DNA of 64,000 nucleotides from positions 174,105 through 238,104 of the forward strand of contig CAWACX010000001.1 in assembly GCA_963780755.1 (NCBI GenBank), read 5' to 3'. Positions 42,902 through 55,588 of the stretch are shown piece by piece. The stretch's first letter is position 1; each line of letters begins with the position of its first letter. The position numbers were made by a program, and so were the translations under genes. The DNA comes from an uncultured Acidobacteriota bacterium. GTDB taxonomy: Bacteria; Actinomycetota; Acidimicrobiia; Spongiisociales; ZC4RG35. The notes under the pieces were generated by a model, which was given only the letters and a program-made list of their open reading frames with translations, did no database searches and was not told the origin of the DNA.

Positions 42902-44707
42902 TCAATCGAACTCCACCGCTCGCTTGATGAATGCTGCCATCTGGCCGCGCGTCACCAGATCGGTGGGGCAATACCGGTTATTGGTCGGGGGATTGCATCC
43001 CTGCGTGATCCCGGCGACCGCGATCTTGTTGATCGCGTGCTCGAAAACCGAGCCCTCGTCGTCTACGAACCGATCGGCTCTGTGTTGGGGGGAGCGACAA
43101 GGCTCTGGCCAACATCGCCGCCATCTCGTCACGCCTGATGTCGTCACCACCGCAGAAGCGCCTTGTCCCGCAGCCCACGGTCAGGCCGGCCGCGGCCAGG
43201 CGGTTGGCCGCCCCTTCATAGAACTGGCCCTCGTCGTCGTTGAAGTAGTCCGTTCCCGACTCCGGGAGCCCAAAGGCGCGGGAGAGAAACACCGCCATTT
43301 CGCCGCGGGTCACTCTCTGCGTGGGGCAGTAATTGGTGTTTGCAGGCGGGTTGCAGCCCTGGGTGATGTTGGCGTCGGCGAGCCAGTCGATGGCATCGAC
43401 GAAGACGGAGCCCAGCGGTGTCCACGAAGCGGTTGGTGATGCTGCGCCCGATGTTGAGACGACCGCTCTGGACGGTTCCGCTCGATGCCGGCGGTCGGTC
43501 GGCGAATGCCTTTAGTCGGGCTATGACCTCCTGATGGCCGATCCCCGGGTCGTGGGCGAGGAGCAGCGCCGCGGCACCAGCAACGATGGGGGAGGCAGAA
43601 AGAAGTCCCGTCGGCCAGTATGTATGGGTCGATCGAGGATGAGCCCGGTGGTCAGAATGGCCTGGCCGGGAGCCGCTATGTCGACCCAGTGTCGGCCGTA
43701 ATTGCTGAAGAAGCGACAGTTGTCCAGGTCGTTGCGTGGCGCCGACTGCGATGATGTTCGAGAAGGGCAGTCCGCCGGGATGAAGGTCTCGCCGGAGGGT
43801 GGCAGGGCGTCGAGGTCGATGCCCTCGTTGCCGGCGGCCGCCACGACAACGACATTTCTGGACCTCGCATAGGAGATGGCCTCCCTGAGCAAGGGATCGT
43901 CGTCGGTGACGCCCCCAAACGAGAGATTGATCACATCTGCGCCCTCGTCGGCGGCGTAGAAGATCGATTCTGCTGCGGGGAGGCTCCAGCAACCGTCGGA
44001 GTCGCAGGCTCGAAGGGCCATGATTCTCGCTGCCGGAGCGACCCCAGCGATCCCAATCCATTGCGGCCGCGGCGACCAATCCGGCGACTGCGGTCCCGTG
44101 GTTCGCAGCGGATCCCGATCCCACCGGGCTCGGATTGTTGTCATCGCTGATGAAGTCCCATCCTTGGAGTCGTCCAGAAGCCCACTGCCATCCTGGTCTC
44201 CGCCCCCGGACGGGTCGTTGTTCGTCCAGATCTGGGCCGCAGGTCGGGGTGGCACAGCTCGACCCCTGAGTCGATCACGGCGACCATCACACCGGCGCCG
44301 AGAGTCGACTCCCAGGCCGTTGGCGAGTCGATGTCGGCGTCGGGGCGGCCGCCGGTCTGCCCGGTGTTGTGGTGATACCACTGGTCCCCGAAACCGGGCT
44401 CATCGGTCGGGGCCGCAGGATGGTCGTAGCGATTCTCGACGATCACCTCGACTCCCAGCTCGTCGGAGAGGGCGTCGGCTGCGTCCTGGGCGTTCTCCGT
44501 GGTCTGTCACCTCGACCCGCTCCCAGCCAGATCGATGGCCGTCCGCGTCCGGCTCTGCCTGGGCCGCAAATCTCGTCGGCGATGGCAAGCGATGTGCCTG
44601 CCGGGACGAGCAGTCGGACAGTCTTCGCCTCTCCCTCGGCGGCGGTTTGCTGGGTGAAGAGGCTCGGCCACGAGGAGCAGCGAGAGGACGAGCGGACATC
44701 GGGCCAT
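42902..44707 (-). CDS. Secreted S8 subtilase with three C-terminal SLH-like modules; many frameshifts
   Basis: VAVIDSG, NHGTAVAG, VINLSFG, AAAGN, GTS(F)ASPIVAG, then VTRGEMAVFL, IRRDEMAAML, VTRGQMAAFI. Confidence 0.85.
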
Positions 44708-44747
44708 GCTCCCAGACTTTGTGGCTTTGTCGACAAGAGCGGTTACC

Positions 44748-44761
44748 TTGACCCGGGTCAA
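44748..44761. promoter_or_regulatory. Perfect 14-bp palindrome TTGACCCGGGTCAA between divergent SLH genes, possible operator
   Basis: Read directly from the sequence. A second palindrome, TTGTCGACAA, lies at 44727-44736. Confidence 0.3.
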
Positions 44762-46465
44762 TGTCGTTCCTTGCCACCCTTGCTTTGGTGGCTGCGCTGC
44801 TCCCCACAGCGGCGCTGGCACCCGGTGGGACGTTCACCGACGACGATCAAATCGTCCACGAGGGCGGCATCGAAGCCATCGCCGCGGACGGGATAACGGT
44901 CGGGTGCAACCCGCCATTCAACGACCGTTTCTGCCCGAGTCGCCTGCTGACCAGAGCGGAGATGGCGACGATGGTCGCTCGTGCCCTCTCCCTCCCGGCG
45001 CCGCAAAGCGACCATTTCATCGATGACGAGGGTCACATCCTCGAAGGGAGCGATCAACCGAATCGCCGACGCCGGGATCACGCAGGGCTGCAATCCACCG
45101 AGCAACAATCGGTTCTGCCCGAACCGTGACCTGACCAGGGCAGAGGCCGCAGCGTTCATCGCCCGCGCGTTTGGATTGCCCGGATCTGGGCAGAACTTCT
45201 TCGTAGATGACAACGGCCATGTCCTCGAGGGCGCGATCAACCGCCTTGCAGCCGCCGGGATCACGGTTGGGTGCAACCCGCCTACCAACAACCGGTTCTG
45301 CCCCAACCGCGTGCTCACCCGAGGTGAGATGGCGACCATGTTGACCCGGGCGATGGGCTTGACCTCGATGAAGCCCCCACCCCGGCCACCACTTGGCCTG
45401 GCAGCTGGTGGTCAGCGGCCTTAGCTGCCCGATCCAGGTCGCTCAACCCCCGGCGAAGACCCGCCTCCTGATCGCTGAGCAGGGTGGGCTGGTCAGGGTC
45501 TTCGAGAACGGGGCGCTGCGCACCCAACCGTTCCTCGACCTGACGGACAAGTGGTGTTCGGTGGAGAACGAGGGCTGCTCTCGATCGCGCTCCATCCCGA
45601 TTACCCAGCCGACCGTCGCCTCTTCGCCTGGTACTCGGCTCCGCTTGCGCTCCGGTGGAGCGGGGAATCACACCACATACATTGGTGGAATTCGACATCT
45701 CCGCCGACCTCCAAGTCGGCGTCGTCCCACGCGTCAACTGCTGGCGTCGACCAGCCGTCCAACAACCACAACGGCGGGTTCCTCGACTTCGGCGCGGATG
45801 GCTATCTCTATCTCAGCCTGGGTGACGGTGGGGGGGCCAACGACCCGGGCAACCGGGCGCGAAACCTGAACACGCTTTTCGGCAAGATGATCCGAATCGG
45901 CGTCGATGGCGCTGCAGCCGTACTCCATTCCCTCGGACAATCCATATGTGGGAGAGCCGGGACGCGATGAGATCTGGGCCTCGGGCTTGCGCAACCCATG
46001 GCGGTGGTCCATGGACAACGGGTTCCTTACATCGGCGACGTCGGGCAGGGAGCCCGGGAGGAAGTCGACGTGGTGCGGGTCAACCCTGTCGGATACGACT
46101 TCGGGTGGTCCCGCTACGAGGGAACGCTTGTGCAACCCCAACGACAGCGATCCCAGTTGCGCCACGTCCGGCCTGACGATGCCGGTTTACGAGTACGGCC
46201 GCTCGGGGGGGAGGACCGTGACCGGCGGGATGGTCTACCGGGGCCCCACTGTGCGTTCCTTGAGCCGTTACTACATCTTCGCCGATTTCGGGTCCGGGCA
46301 TGGTGCGCGGGTTCCGCCTGCTCAACGGCCGTCCGGTCGAAGCCCGTGACCTCATCGGCCGGCTTCGTGCGCCCGGCCTGGTTTCCTTTGCCGCCGACGC
46401 CGATGGCGAATTGCTCGCCGTTTCGCTGTATCGACGGCGCTGTCTACCGTCTCACCGGGGGTTGA
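44761..46465 (+). CDS. Secreted protein with three N-terminal SLH-like modules and a PQQ-dependent sugar dehydrogenase (GSDH) propeller; frameshifted
   Basis: LTRAEMATM, LTRAEAAAF, LTRGEMATM, then ERGLLSIALHPDY, NHNGGFLDFGADGYLY, GDGGGANDP, GLRNPWR. Confidence 0.85.
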
Positions 46466-46507
46466 TATCTGCTTCAGAGGCATGGGCCGCCGACCGATGG
46501 ACGAGGA

Positions 46508-48327
46508 GTGAGGCTTCGTCATCCGATTGCGGTTTTGGCCATTGGCCTGGCCCTTCTCACCATCGCCGCGCCCGCCTTCGCTGCCGATGAGGAGTGGGAA
46601 TTCGACGGCGGGGGATGGGGCCACGGCGTTGGGCTCTCCCAGTTCGGGGCGTTGGGACAGGCCCAGGATGGCCGAAACTCCACCCAGATCCTCCAGCACT
46701 ACTACGCCGGGACCTCGGTCGTCGAGATGCCCTCCCATTGGAGCACCGCGGCCAACGGTCTTTGGGTCGGACTGGTGCTCGAACGCCGACCGTTGTCAGC
46801 CTCACGGCCGGTCGGTGGGCCACTGACCATCTGTCAGCCCGCTGCGGTCTGCCCGCCGGCGAACGGGTCGGGTTTCACCGACGTCACCATCGATCCCGGC
46901 GAGTCATGGGTGTTCGAGTCCGTTGGCACCGGGGTGTGCCGTTTTCGCAAAGGGACCGAGGGAAATCTCGGGGCCGGGCCCGTGTGACGGCCGTCTCGCC
47001 AAGTCGACGAGCACGAATGTCCGGTTCCGGGTGAATGGCAAGGAGTACGCACGGGGGTCGATTCGCTTCACTCCCTCGTCGGGCGGATTCCACACCAATG
47101 TCACGTTGAGCCTCCAGGAGTACCTCTGTACGGGTCTGGCCGAGGTCCCGTCGTCATGGCCAACACATGCGCTCCGGGCCCAGGCGATCATCGGGCGCAG
47201 CTACGCAGTGGCCACCGCCGTGGAGCGGGGGGGCAGCGACGGGTCCGGGAAGCTGTCGAGTTGTGGGTGTCACCTGCGAAGCACTCCGGCGGACCAGGCC
47301 TACGCCGGATGGAGCAAGGAGGACCCGGCCAACGGTGGCAGCACCTTGGGTCGCGGCTGTGAACGACTCCGCAGGGGACATCCTGACCCATCCCCAGTCC
47401 ACTTATGCCTTCGATATCGCCAAGGCCTTCTACTCGTCGTCGAATGGGGGAGCTAGCGAGAACGTCGAGTTCGTGTGGGGTGGCGCTGCCTTACCGTGGC
47501 TTCGATCCGTGGCCGATCCTTGGTCCTCCGATCCGGACATAAACCCGCTCGCCCGCTGGACCGTGGTGGTGAAAGCCCCCAAGATCGCAGCGGCCTTTGG
47601 TTGGGAACGAGTGACGATGGTCGAGGTGACGAGCGGGCCTCCGGGCGCTGTGGTTCGATTCACCGGTCGAAATGCAGGGGCAGTTGTCACGAAAGACCTC
47701 TGGGGCGACAGCCTCCGACTCTTCCTCGGGGCAAACGCTTTCCGAAGAGACGGTGACCCGGTCCGGGTGTCCCCCTACGTGATCGGTATCCGCTACCAAG
47801 GCCCCTTCCTGGACATATCGGGCCATCTCTTCGAAGACGCCATCATCTGGATGGGCCAGGAGAAGATCAGCGAGGGTTGCAACCCACCCGTCAACTCCAA
47901 CTACTGCCCCGATGACAAAGTGACCCGTGGTGAGATGGCGGTCTTCCTTTCCCGCATCCTCAACCTTCCGATCCCCTCCGGAGACCACTTCAGTGACGAC
48001 GACGGGCGGTTCTACGAATCTGCGGCCAACCGCTTGTTCGAGGCGGGGATCACCGAGGGCTGTGGGGCGAATCGGTACTGCGGCGACCAGTTCATTCCCA
48101 GGGAGCAGATGGCCGCCTTCCTGGCGCGCACGCTTTCGCTACCGGCGAGCGGCGTCGATCATTTCATCGACGACGAGGGCTCGATGTTCGAAGGGGCAAT
48201 CGACAAGATCGCTCAGGCAAAGATCACCCTGGGGTGTAATCCGCCAACCAACAACCGATTCTGCCCCAAAGACCATGTGACCAGGGGCCAGATGGCGGCG
48301 TTCTTCAAGCGTGCCTGGGGATCCTGA
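46508..48327 (+). CDS. Secreted SpoIID/LytB-domain protein with three SLH-like modules; frameshifted at about 46985 and 47340
   Basis: Signal peptide, GGGWGHGVGLSQFGA, LQEYL...AEVPSSWP...ALRAQAIIGRSYA, FYSSSNGG, then VTRGEMAVFL, IPREQMAAFL, VTRGQMAAFF. Confidence 0.87.
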
Positions 48328-48349
48328 GCCCTCCTACCATCCGGTCGCA

Positions 48350-49641
48350 GTGACAGATAGAGCGAGGTTCTTCGCCGAGGAGCCGTGGACCGCGGGCATT
48401 GTCGGATTGGGCTATGTCGGCCTTCCACTCTTGGTGACCTCGGTGAACAGCGGCCTGTCGGGGATCGGGTTCGATGTTTCGCCGGCCAGGGTTGCGGCCC
48501 TGGAGTCAGGCACCTCACACATTGGTGACGTTTCCGATGAAGCATTGCGCTCGGCGGTTGCCAGCGGAGCAAGGTTCACCTCCGATGCCGCGGCATTGTC
48601 CGAGGCAGATGCGATCTTCATCTGCGTTCCCAGCCCCCTTGGTCGTAACCGGGAGCCGGATCTCTCCTACATCGGCGCCGCTGCGGAGACAGTGGCCCGG
48701 GTGGCCCGCCCCGGCCAATTGATCTCCCTCGAGTCGACCACTTATCCGGGCACAACCGAGGACTACCTGATACCGGCAGTGGAGAAAGCCGGTCTCACTC
48801 TGGACAAAGACGTCTGGGTCGCCTTCTCACCGGAGCGCGTCTCGCCGGGTGACGACATGAAGACCGCGGACATCCCCAAGGTGGTGGGAGGGGTCACGGT
48901 CGACTCGGGACTGGTGGCAGCCGCCGCCTACAAGAGGATCGTCCCATCTGTGCACCTCGTGAGCTCGGCGCGAGCCGCCGAGCTGGCGAAGCTCCTCGAG
49001 AACACATATCGGGCGGTCAACATCGGCCTGATCAACGAGGTCGCCCAGCTCAGCCACGAGCTCGACATCGATATCTGGGAGGTGGTGGACGCCGCGGCGA
49101 CCAAGCCCTTCGGGTTCCAGGCCTTCTATCCCGGCCCCGGCGTTGGGGGGCACTGCATCCCTCTCGACCCCCAATACCTCGCCTGGCGGGCCAGGGAGGC
49201 CAACTTCGCGACTCGTTTCATCGAGATCGCCGATCAGGTGAATTCCGGCATGCCGGAGTACACAGCACAGAGGATCGCCGACCTTCTCAACTCGGCCGGC
49301 CGGGCGGTCCAGGGCAGCAACATCCTGGTGGTTGGAATCGCCTACAAGCCCAATGTCTCTGATGATCGTGAATCCGCCTCCGTCGATGTTGCGAGTCGCC
49401 TGGCGGCCAGGGGAGCCAACATCGCGATCCTGGACACCCACGTCGCCGCCATCAGATCGAAGCCCACGGGTTCGAGGTGGCTGATGGGAGCGACCTCTCG
49501 GGATACGACCTGGCGGCGATCCTCACCGATCACTCCGACCTCCCTTACGAGGTCATCGCTGCAGAGATCCCACAGGTCTTCGACGCCCGGGGCGTCTATC
49601 GGCGGCGAGGCATCGAGGCGTCAAACGTAGAAGCTCTATGA
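48350..49641 (+). CDS. UDP-N-acetylhexosamine 6-dehydrogenase (WecC/WbpO/TviB family); 3' frameshift
   Basis: GIVGLGYVG, ICVPSP, LESTTYPGTT, FSPER, KLLENTYR, GVGGHCIPLDP, GIAYKPN. Confidence 0.9.
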
Positions 49642-50688
49642 GCGGGGCCCTGGTCCTCACCACGGTCCATTCGCCAGATGACACAAGGATCCGGGAGCGA
49701 TTGATCAAGACCCTGGTCGAAGTGACTCCGGTGACTTATGCGAGCCGGGAGCCCGGGCCGACGGATCACACGGGACTGACCTGGGCACCGTTGCCGGGAG
49801 GCCGGATGCGCCGCAATCTTGGGGCGTTCAGGACCATGCTCCGCGGCGGGTGGGAGGTGGTGGTCCTCCACGACCCGGAGACGATCCCCGCGGGTGTGTT
49901 GGCTCGTCTGGTCCGGAGACGGCCGGTGGTATTCGATGTCCATGAAGACCTCGAGGCTCAGGTTCGCTACAAGGAGTGGGCCCCATGGTGGGCAAAGCCG
50001 TTTCTTCGCATCCTGGCCCGCGGGCTCTTTTGGTTGGCCGAGCGATTCTTGATCCTCACCCTGGCGGAGCCCGGCTATCAGAGGCTGTTTCGCAACCAAC
50101 ACCCGGTTTTTGTCAACTACCCGCGTGCGCAGGGCTTTCCGAGCCCGCTCGAAGCGAGGAGATGGCTCTGCGATATATCTCGGCGACGTGACTGTCGCAC
50201 GTGGTGTCGTCGACGGTGTCGCTGCCTGTGGCCTCGTCGGGGTGCCCTTCGTCGTGGTCGGTCGCGTCGACCCTGAGCTTGCTGCCGACCTGAAAGCGGC
50301 CGGGGATGGGACGCTCCACTTGGTCGGCCCTCTCCCCAACCCGAGTGCCCTTGAGCTGGTGGCCAAGGCCTCGATCGGCCTGTCGCCGCTCAAAGACCTG
50401 GCCAACTATCGGGAGTCCCTGCCGACCAAGACCCTCGAGTACCTGGCAATGGGGGTACCGGTGGTTGCCACCGACCTGCCCGGGACCCGTTCGGTCCTGG
50501 AAGGCCTCGATGCTGTGCGGCTGGTCACGCCCGGGGATGTCGAAGCATTGAGCAAGGCGATAGTCGATTCCCTGGCGTCGGCGACCAAGCAAGCGGCATA
50601 CGACCAGGCCGAGAGGGTGAGAGAGCGTTTTCGGTGGCCGGAGGCCGAGGTCAGGTCGTTCTATCTCGACCTGATCGGCCGAGGATGA
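49638..50688 (+). CDS. GT4 glycosyltransferase, frameshift at about 50150
   Basis: TTVHSPDDTRI, LHDPE, FDVHED, PTKTLEYLAMGVPVVATDLP. Confidence 0.85.
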
Positions 50689-51603
50689 ATCCCGATCCCC
50701 AAGCGAGGTGCATCGTCGCAAGGGCAGCGAGGAATTCCGAAGGCTGGAATCCCGAGTTTGGGGAGTCGGGCCAGGCCAATGAGCGCCAGCGCGAGTAGAT
50801 AGGCGAGGGGTGCGAGCAGGGCCGGCCGCCACCAGATAGCTGCGGGCAAAGACAACGCCAGGGCAAGTACCGCCAAGGGTGGCGCCAGCTGTCGCCAGCG
50901 CAACGACCCCGGATGACGGCGGGCGAACTCCCGCTTCCAGGCCCCGTACTGGAAGTACTGGCTTGCCAGGGCCGCAAGTGAGCCGCGGGGTCGGTAGACG
51001 ACCTGGAGCGAAGGCTCGAACCAGACCAGCCCTCCCGACTGCCGAATTCGATGATTGAGCTCGTAGTCCTGGTTGCGAGCGAAATGCTCGTCGTAGCCCC
51101 CGAGGCGCTCCAGGGTCGACCTCTTGAACACACCCAAGTACACGGTTTCGGCCGGTCCCGCGTCGCCGCCGATGCGGTATCGAGCGTCGCCGGCCCCGAA
51201 CCGGGACGACATGGCGGCGGCGATCGCCCGTTCCCATCCGGATACCCCTACCGGCACCTGCATGCCTCCTACGTTGTCCGCTCCGGTGTGGAGCAGGGTC
51301 TGAACTGCGTGCGTCGAGGTAGCCGGGAGGGATCGTTGCGTGCGCGTCGACCCTGGCCACGATCTCCGCGGAGCCGGCGGCAAGCGCGAGGTTGAGCCCG
51401 GCCGGAGTGCTCCCTGTGGGGTTTGCCACAACCCGGGCTCCGTGCCGCACTGCGGCTTCTGATGTCTCGGGGTCGGAGCTGGCAACCACGATCGACTCCA
51501 ACGCCGGATACTCCTGGGAGAGGACGGATTCGATTGCCTGCCCGATCGTGTCGGGGGCGCGTGCCGCCGGAAGGATCACGTCGAGGCCTGGGGCTTGGGT
51601 CAC
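50651..51603 (-). CDS. GT2 glycosyltransferase (ExoA-like), frameshifted
   Basis: VILPAR, GLNLAL, ARVDAH, NVGG, AETVYLGVF, RNQDYELN, LASQYFQYG, MHLAWGSG. Confidence 0.85.
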
Positions 51604-51654
51604 AACCTCATCTTCCCAGGGCCGGGCCTCGCGGAGTGCGAATGCAACCGTAAG

Positions 51655-53401
51655 GTGGCCGCCGTGGCCAGGGTCAGGTCATTCTCTCGTGGAGCAGCGC
51701 TCGGGATCATCGGCGCCCTATTGGTGTTGGGCGTAGCGCTTGTTCTCGGACTTGTCGACTCGGCCTCGCCCTGGGTGTTCCTCGTCGGTGCGGGCCTCGG
51801 CGTTGTGGCCGGCCTGATCCCGCGAGGCTCGACCCGACTGGAAGCCATGGGGGCTGCGAGCACTGGCTTGGTCGCCCTGGCCTCCGGGCTGGTCTCAGGT
51901 TGGGGGTGGCTCGAGACGGCAGGACTCGTCGGCGCCGTGGCAGCAGTCGTGTGGATAGTCACCGGGCAGGCGTTGCCGCGGGGGAGATGGGCTCTGCTGC
52001 GTTGGGGAGGGGTGCTCGTCCCATTGGCGATCTTCCTCATACTGCCTCTCGTCTTGGACGGCGGCACTCTCGGTCACGACGAATCGGCGTACGGGGTCAA
52101 GGCCAAGAGCTGGCTGGAGGGGACGCCCGACACCGGTTGGTCCCCGCATCGGGCTACCGGCATGTCCGTTTACGGCTACCTGGTCCTGGCGGTTGGGGGA
52201 GCAGAAGGCGGGTTGCGCTTGATCGGCCTGGCGGGGTTGTTGGCGATGATCGTGGGGGTTTGGGTTCTCGGCAACAAGATGGCGAATCCCAGAGTGGCGA
52301 GTCTCGCGGCAATCGGGATCGTCGCAGGCCCGGCGATACTCCGGAGGAGCACGGAGTACCTGAGCGACGTGCCCTCTGCCGCCCTTCTCGTGTTCGGGAT
52401 GGTGATCGTCTGGCGGGAGTTCGCCATGCGCGACCTCCCGACGTTTCGGCTGCTCTGGTTTCTCCCGCTGGCATGGACTGCCTTCTACCTGCGCTACCAA
52501 AGCCTGCTCAGCCTTGGTCTGATCGCTGTTGTGACGCTGATCCTTTGGTGGCCGAAGGTCAAGGCTCGGCCGGGACCTTTGGCAACGCTCGTGGTTGTCG
52601 GAGCGCTCGGCCTGATTCCCCATGCTCTAGAAGCCGTTGGCTTCGAGGGAACCCCTTGGGCGATCATTGCCTACACCAGCGGGATCGCGGAGCGGGCCTA
52701 TGTCGGCGAGGGTCTCGTCGACTACGCAAAAATGATGGCATGGCCGTTGGCCGGTTTTGTCGGGCCGGTGGCTTCGATCGCTGCGCTCGGAGGATTCATC
52801 GGGCAGTGGCGTGAGCCGAAAGCTCGGGAGAGGTTACCTCTTCCTCCTCTTCCCCGCCATCCTGCAGGTGCTGGCGCTTGGATTGCTGTCTCATGGCGAA
52901 CCTCGGTTCGTCTTCTTTCCCCTGGCCCTGGTCATGGTCGCTGGGGCGATGTCGATTGACTCGTGGCTCAAGGAGCGAGAAAGCAGGTGGGTCTCGGCCG
53001 GCGCGATCGGCCTCGGCCTTCTCCTAATTGGCTCGCTCGCCTTGGCGACCGGCTCGGTGCGACGGGGAGTCGAGAATCGAGCCGCAGTCAATCTCCCGGT
53101 CGAGCTCGCTGCGGAGGAAGCCCGAATGATCAGTGGCGAAGCCACATGCGGGGTGATGGCGACCCCTGCTCCGCAGGTGACCTTCTACTCCGAATGCTCG
53201 TCGCAAATCTTCCAGCCCGGGCGCGATCCCGCCCAGGCTGTCGAGGCCCTGGATGGTGAGGAGAAGTTCATGATCCTCATCGAGGGCGGGAGGCGGCAAC
53301 CAGGCGAGGCAGACCTGGCGGCGTTGATCGAGCTCACGGACGGTGATCCAGTCTTTATCGAAGGCGCCCGGGTTGCGGCGGTGTACTCGTTCGAGGACTG
53401 A
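51655..53401 (+). CDS. Polytopic GT-C-like membrane glycosyltransferase (PMT/ArnT-like), frameshift at about 52830
   Basis: More than 12 TM helices; HDESAY motif in the first large loop; LSDVPSA; PRFVF in the later frame. Confidence 0.65.
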
Positions 53402-53428
53402 CGGCCTTCTGCCATATCATGCCGACAC

Positions 53429-54109
53429 GTGCCCCAGGACCTCAATGCGCTTCCCGAGCTCTTACTCGTGGGTTGGGCCGCAGGGCTGGCGGTCGCCTCA
53501 GGCCTCATTGCCCTGTCCGGGTTGGTCGGTCCTGGGTTCACATGGCTCACCGGGTCGGTAGCGATGGTTCTCGGGCTGGTCACCGCGTTCGGTGAGAGCG
53601 CCTGGTGGGGAAGACTCGGCCTGCTCCTTTTGGTGCTCAGCTCCATCTGGGCGCGCAATCGACGGCTTGGCGGCTCGCTCCAAGTCGCGGCCGGCGCCGC
53701 ACTCTTGATAGGCGCAGCAGCTCAGGGCGGCGTGATGCCGGCCGCTCTCTCTGCGCTGGCGCTGGGGGGAGTGACCGGGGAGATGATGCTCGGGCACTGG
53801 TACCTGATCGACCCCAGCCTCCCCCGATGGTCCCTGCGCGCTCTCGCCGTGGTCGCCATCGTGGGGATCGTCGCCGACTCCACCGCCATGGCTATTTTGG
53901 GATTGCCTGAAGGTGGGGCCACGATCGCGTTCTGGGTCTTGATGGGGACTTCGGCGGTCCTGATGGTTGCCGTCATCGCTGCTTTGCGTTACCCGGCATA
54001 CTCCGGCGTGATGTCAGCCACCGGCTTGTCCTACCTGGCGCTGATTACGACGGCCGGAGGGGTCTTCCTTGGCTGGTTCCTGGCCGGCGGGCTGCTTCCG
54101 AACGACTGA
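53429..54109 (+). CDS. Multi-pass membrane protein of unknown function
   Basis: 226-aa intact ORF with about seven TM helices; MMLGHWYL and VMSATGLSYLA segments. Confidence 0.75.
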   Translation: MPQDLNALPELLLVGWAAGLAVASGLIALSGLVGPGFTWLTGSVAMVLGLVTAFGESAWWGRLGLLLLVLSSIWARNRRLGGSLQVAAGAALLIGAAAQGGVMPAALSALALGGVTGEMMLGHWYLIDPSLPRWSLRALAVVAIVGIVADSTAMAILGLPEGGATIAFWVLMGTSAVLMVAVIAALRYPAYSGVMSATGLSYLALITTAGGVFLGWFLAGGLLPND

Positions 54110-54121
54110 CAAGGAGAGAAT

Positions 54122-55559
54122 GTGGACATAAGAACGGCGAGCGCCGACACGGACCTCGAGCGACGCGACACTGGTTCTCGGGATGCTCGTCGAACGGGCT
54201 CCGTTGCCGGGCGCTGACGGTTGGACTGGCGGATGTCGACGAAGCCCTGCTGGACCTCGCGCAGTTTCGAAGGAAAGGCGGGCCAGGTGATGACGCTACC
54301 CCATCCCGATGCGGCGGCAGTGGTGATCGTTGGACTTGGTGACGAGGCGACGTTTCGAGACGATTAGGGCGGGGATCGGCAACGCAGTTCGGGCTGTGAA
54401 GACCGAGCGGGCGGTGACCTCATTGGGCCTGTCCCGGTGGACGGCGCGACTCGCGCAGTGGTCGAAGGAGCGGTGCTCGGGGGGCTACGAGTTCCGCGGA
54501 TACAAGACGAACGGCGACGATCTTTCGTATGAGGCGCCTCGATATGGTGGGAGCCACGACCGAGGCCATCGCTGATGCCTTGATCGGGGCTGAGGCCACG
54601 AACCAGGCCCGGGATTGGGTGAACACTCCTGCTCTCGACAAGGCGCCACTCGATCTCGCAGACGCACATCGGTGAGGCCGCTGGGCCTGCCGGGGTCGTC
54701 GGTGGAGATCTGGGACTGTCGAACGGATCAAAGAGGAAGGCCTTGGTGCATTGCTCGGTGTCGCGGCGGGCTCGGATCGCGATCCTCGCCTCGTCATTCT
54801 CAGGTACGAGCCGAAGTCGGCGGTGGCACATCTCGGGCTGGTTGGCAAAGGGATCACCTTTGACAGCGGCGGCCTATCGATAAAGCAGGCCAACTTCATG
54901 GAGGAGATGAAGGATGACATGTCGGGGGCGGCAGCGGTGGCGGCGGCAACAATTGCGATTGCCCGTCACGCGCTCCCGGTGACAGTCACTGCAGTGCTCC
55001 CACTCACCGACAACACAATCGGGGGAAAGGCAACTCGACCCGGAGACGTGCTCCGACCGGTGCAAGGTCCGACTATCGAGGTGCTGAACACCGATGCCGA
55101 GGGCCGCCTGATCCTGGCCGATGGACTGGGAGTGGTCTCTCGGTTCGAGCCCGATATCACCATCGACGTCGCCACACTCACCGGCGCCGCCCGTGTCGCA
55201 CTCGGTGATCGGATCGGTGCCGTGTTCGCGAATCCGATCCCGATGTCGCTTCCCGGGTGCTGGTGGCCGCCTCCCGCGCCGGAGAACCGTTCTGGGAGCT
55301 GCCCCTGTTCAAGGAGTACCGGAAGACGATCGATTCCGACATCGCGGACCTCAAGAACATCTCGGGCGGCCGATACGGAGGAGCCATCGTCGCCGCTCTC
55401 TTCCTCGCGGAGTACGCCGGCGAACGAGCCTGGGCCCATCTCGATATCGCCGGCCCGGCTCGAGCACGCGAGACGATGGGGGAGCAGGTGAAGGGCGCGT
55501 CCGGAGTGGCGGTGCGCACCTTGATCGAGGTGGCGCGAGCGATGGCGGAGCCCACTTAA
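54122..55559 (+). CDS. pepA: Leucyl aminopeptidase (M17), multiple frameshifts
   Basis: RBS AAGGAGA; GLVGKGITFDSGG, MKDDMSGAA, NTDAEGRL, DVATLTG, WAHLDIAG. Confidence 0.9.
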
Positions 55560-55588
55560 GGCGCCGACCGCTACCTAGCATCCTCACC

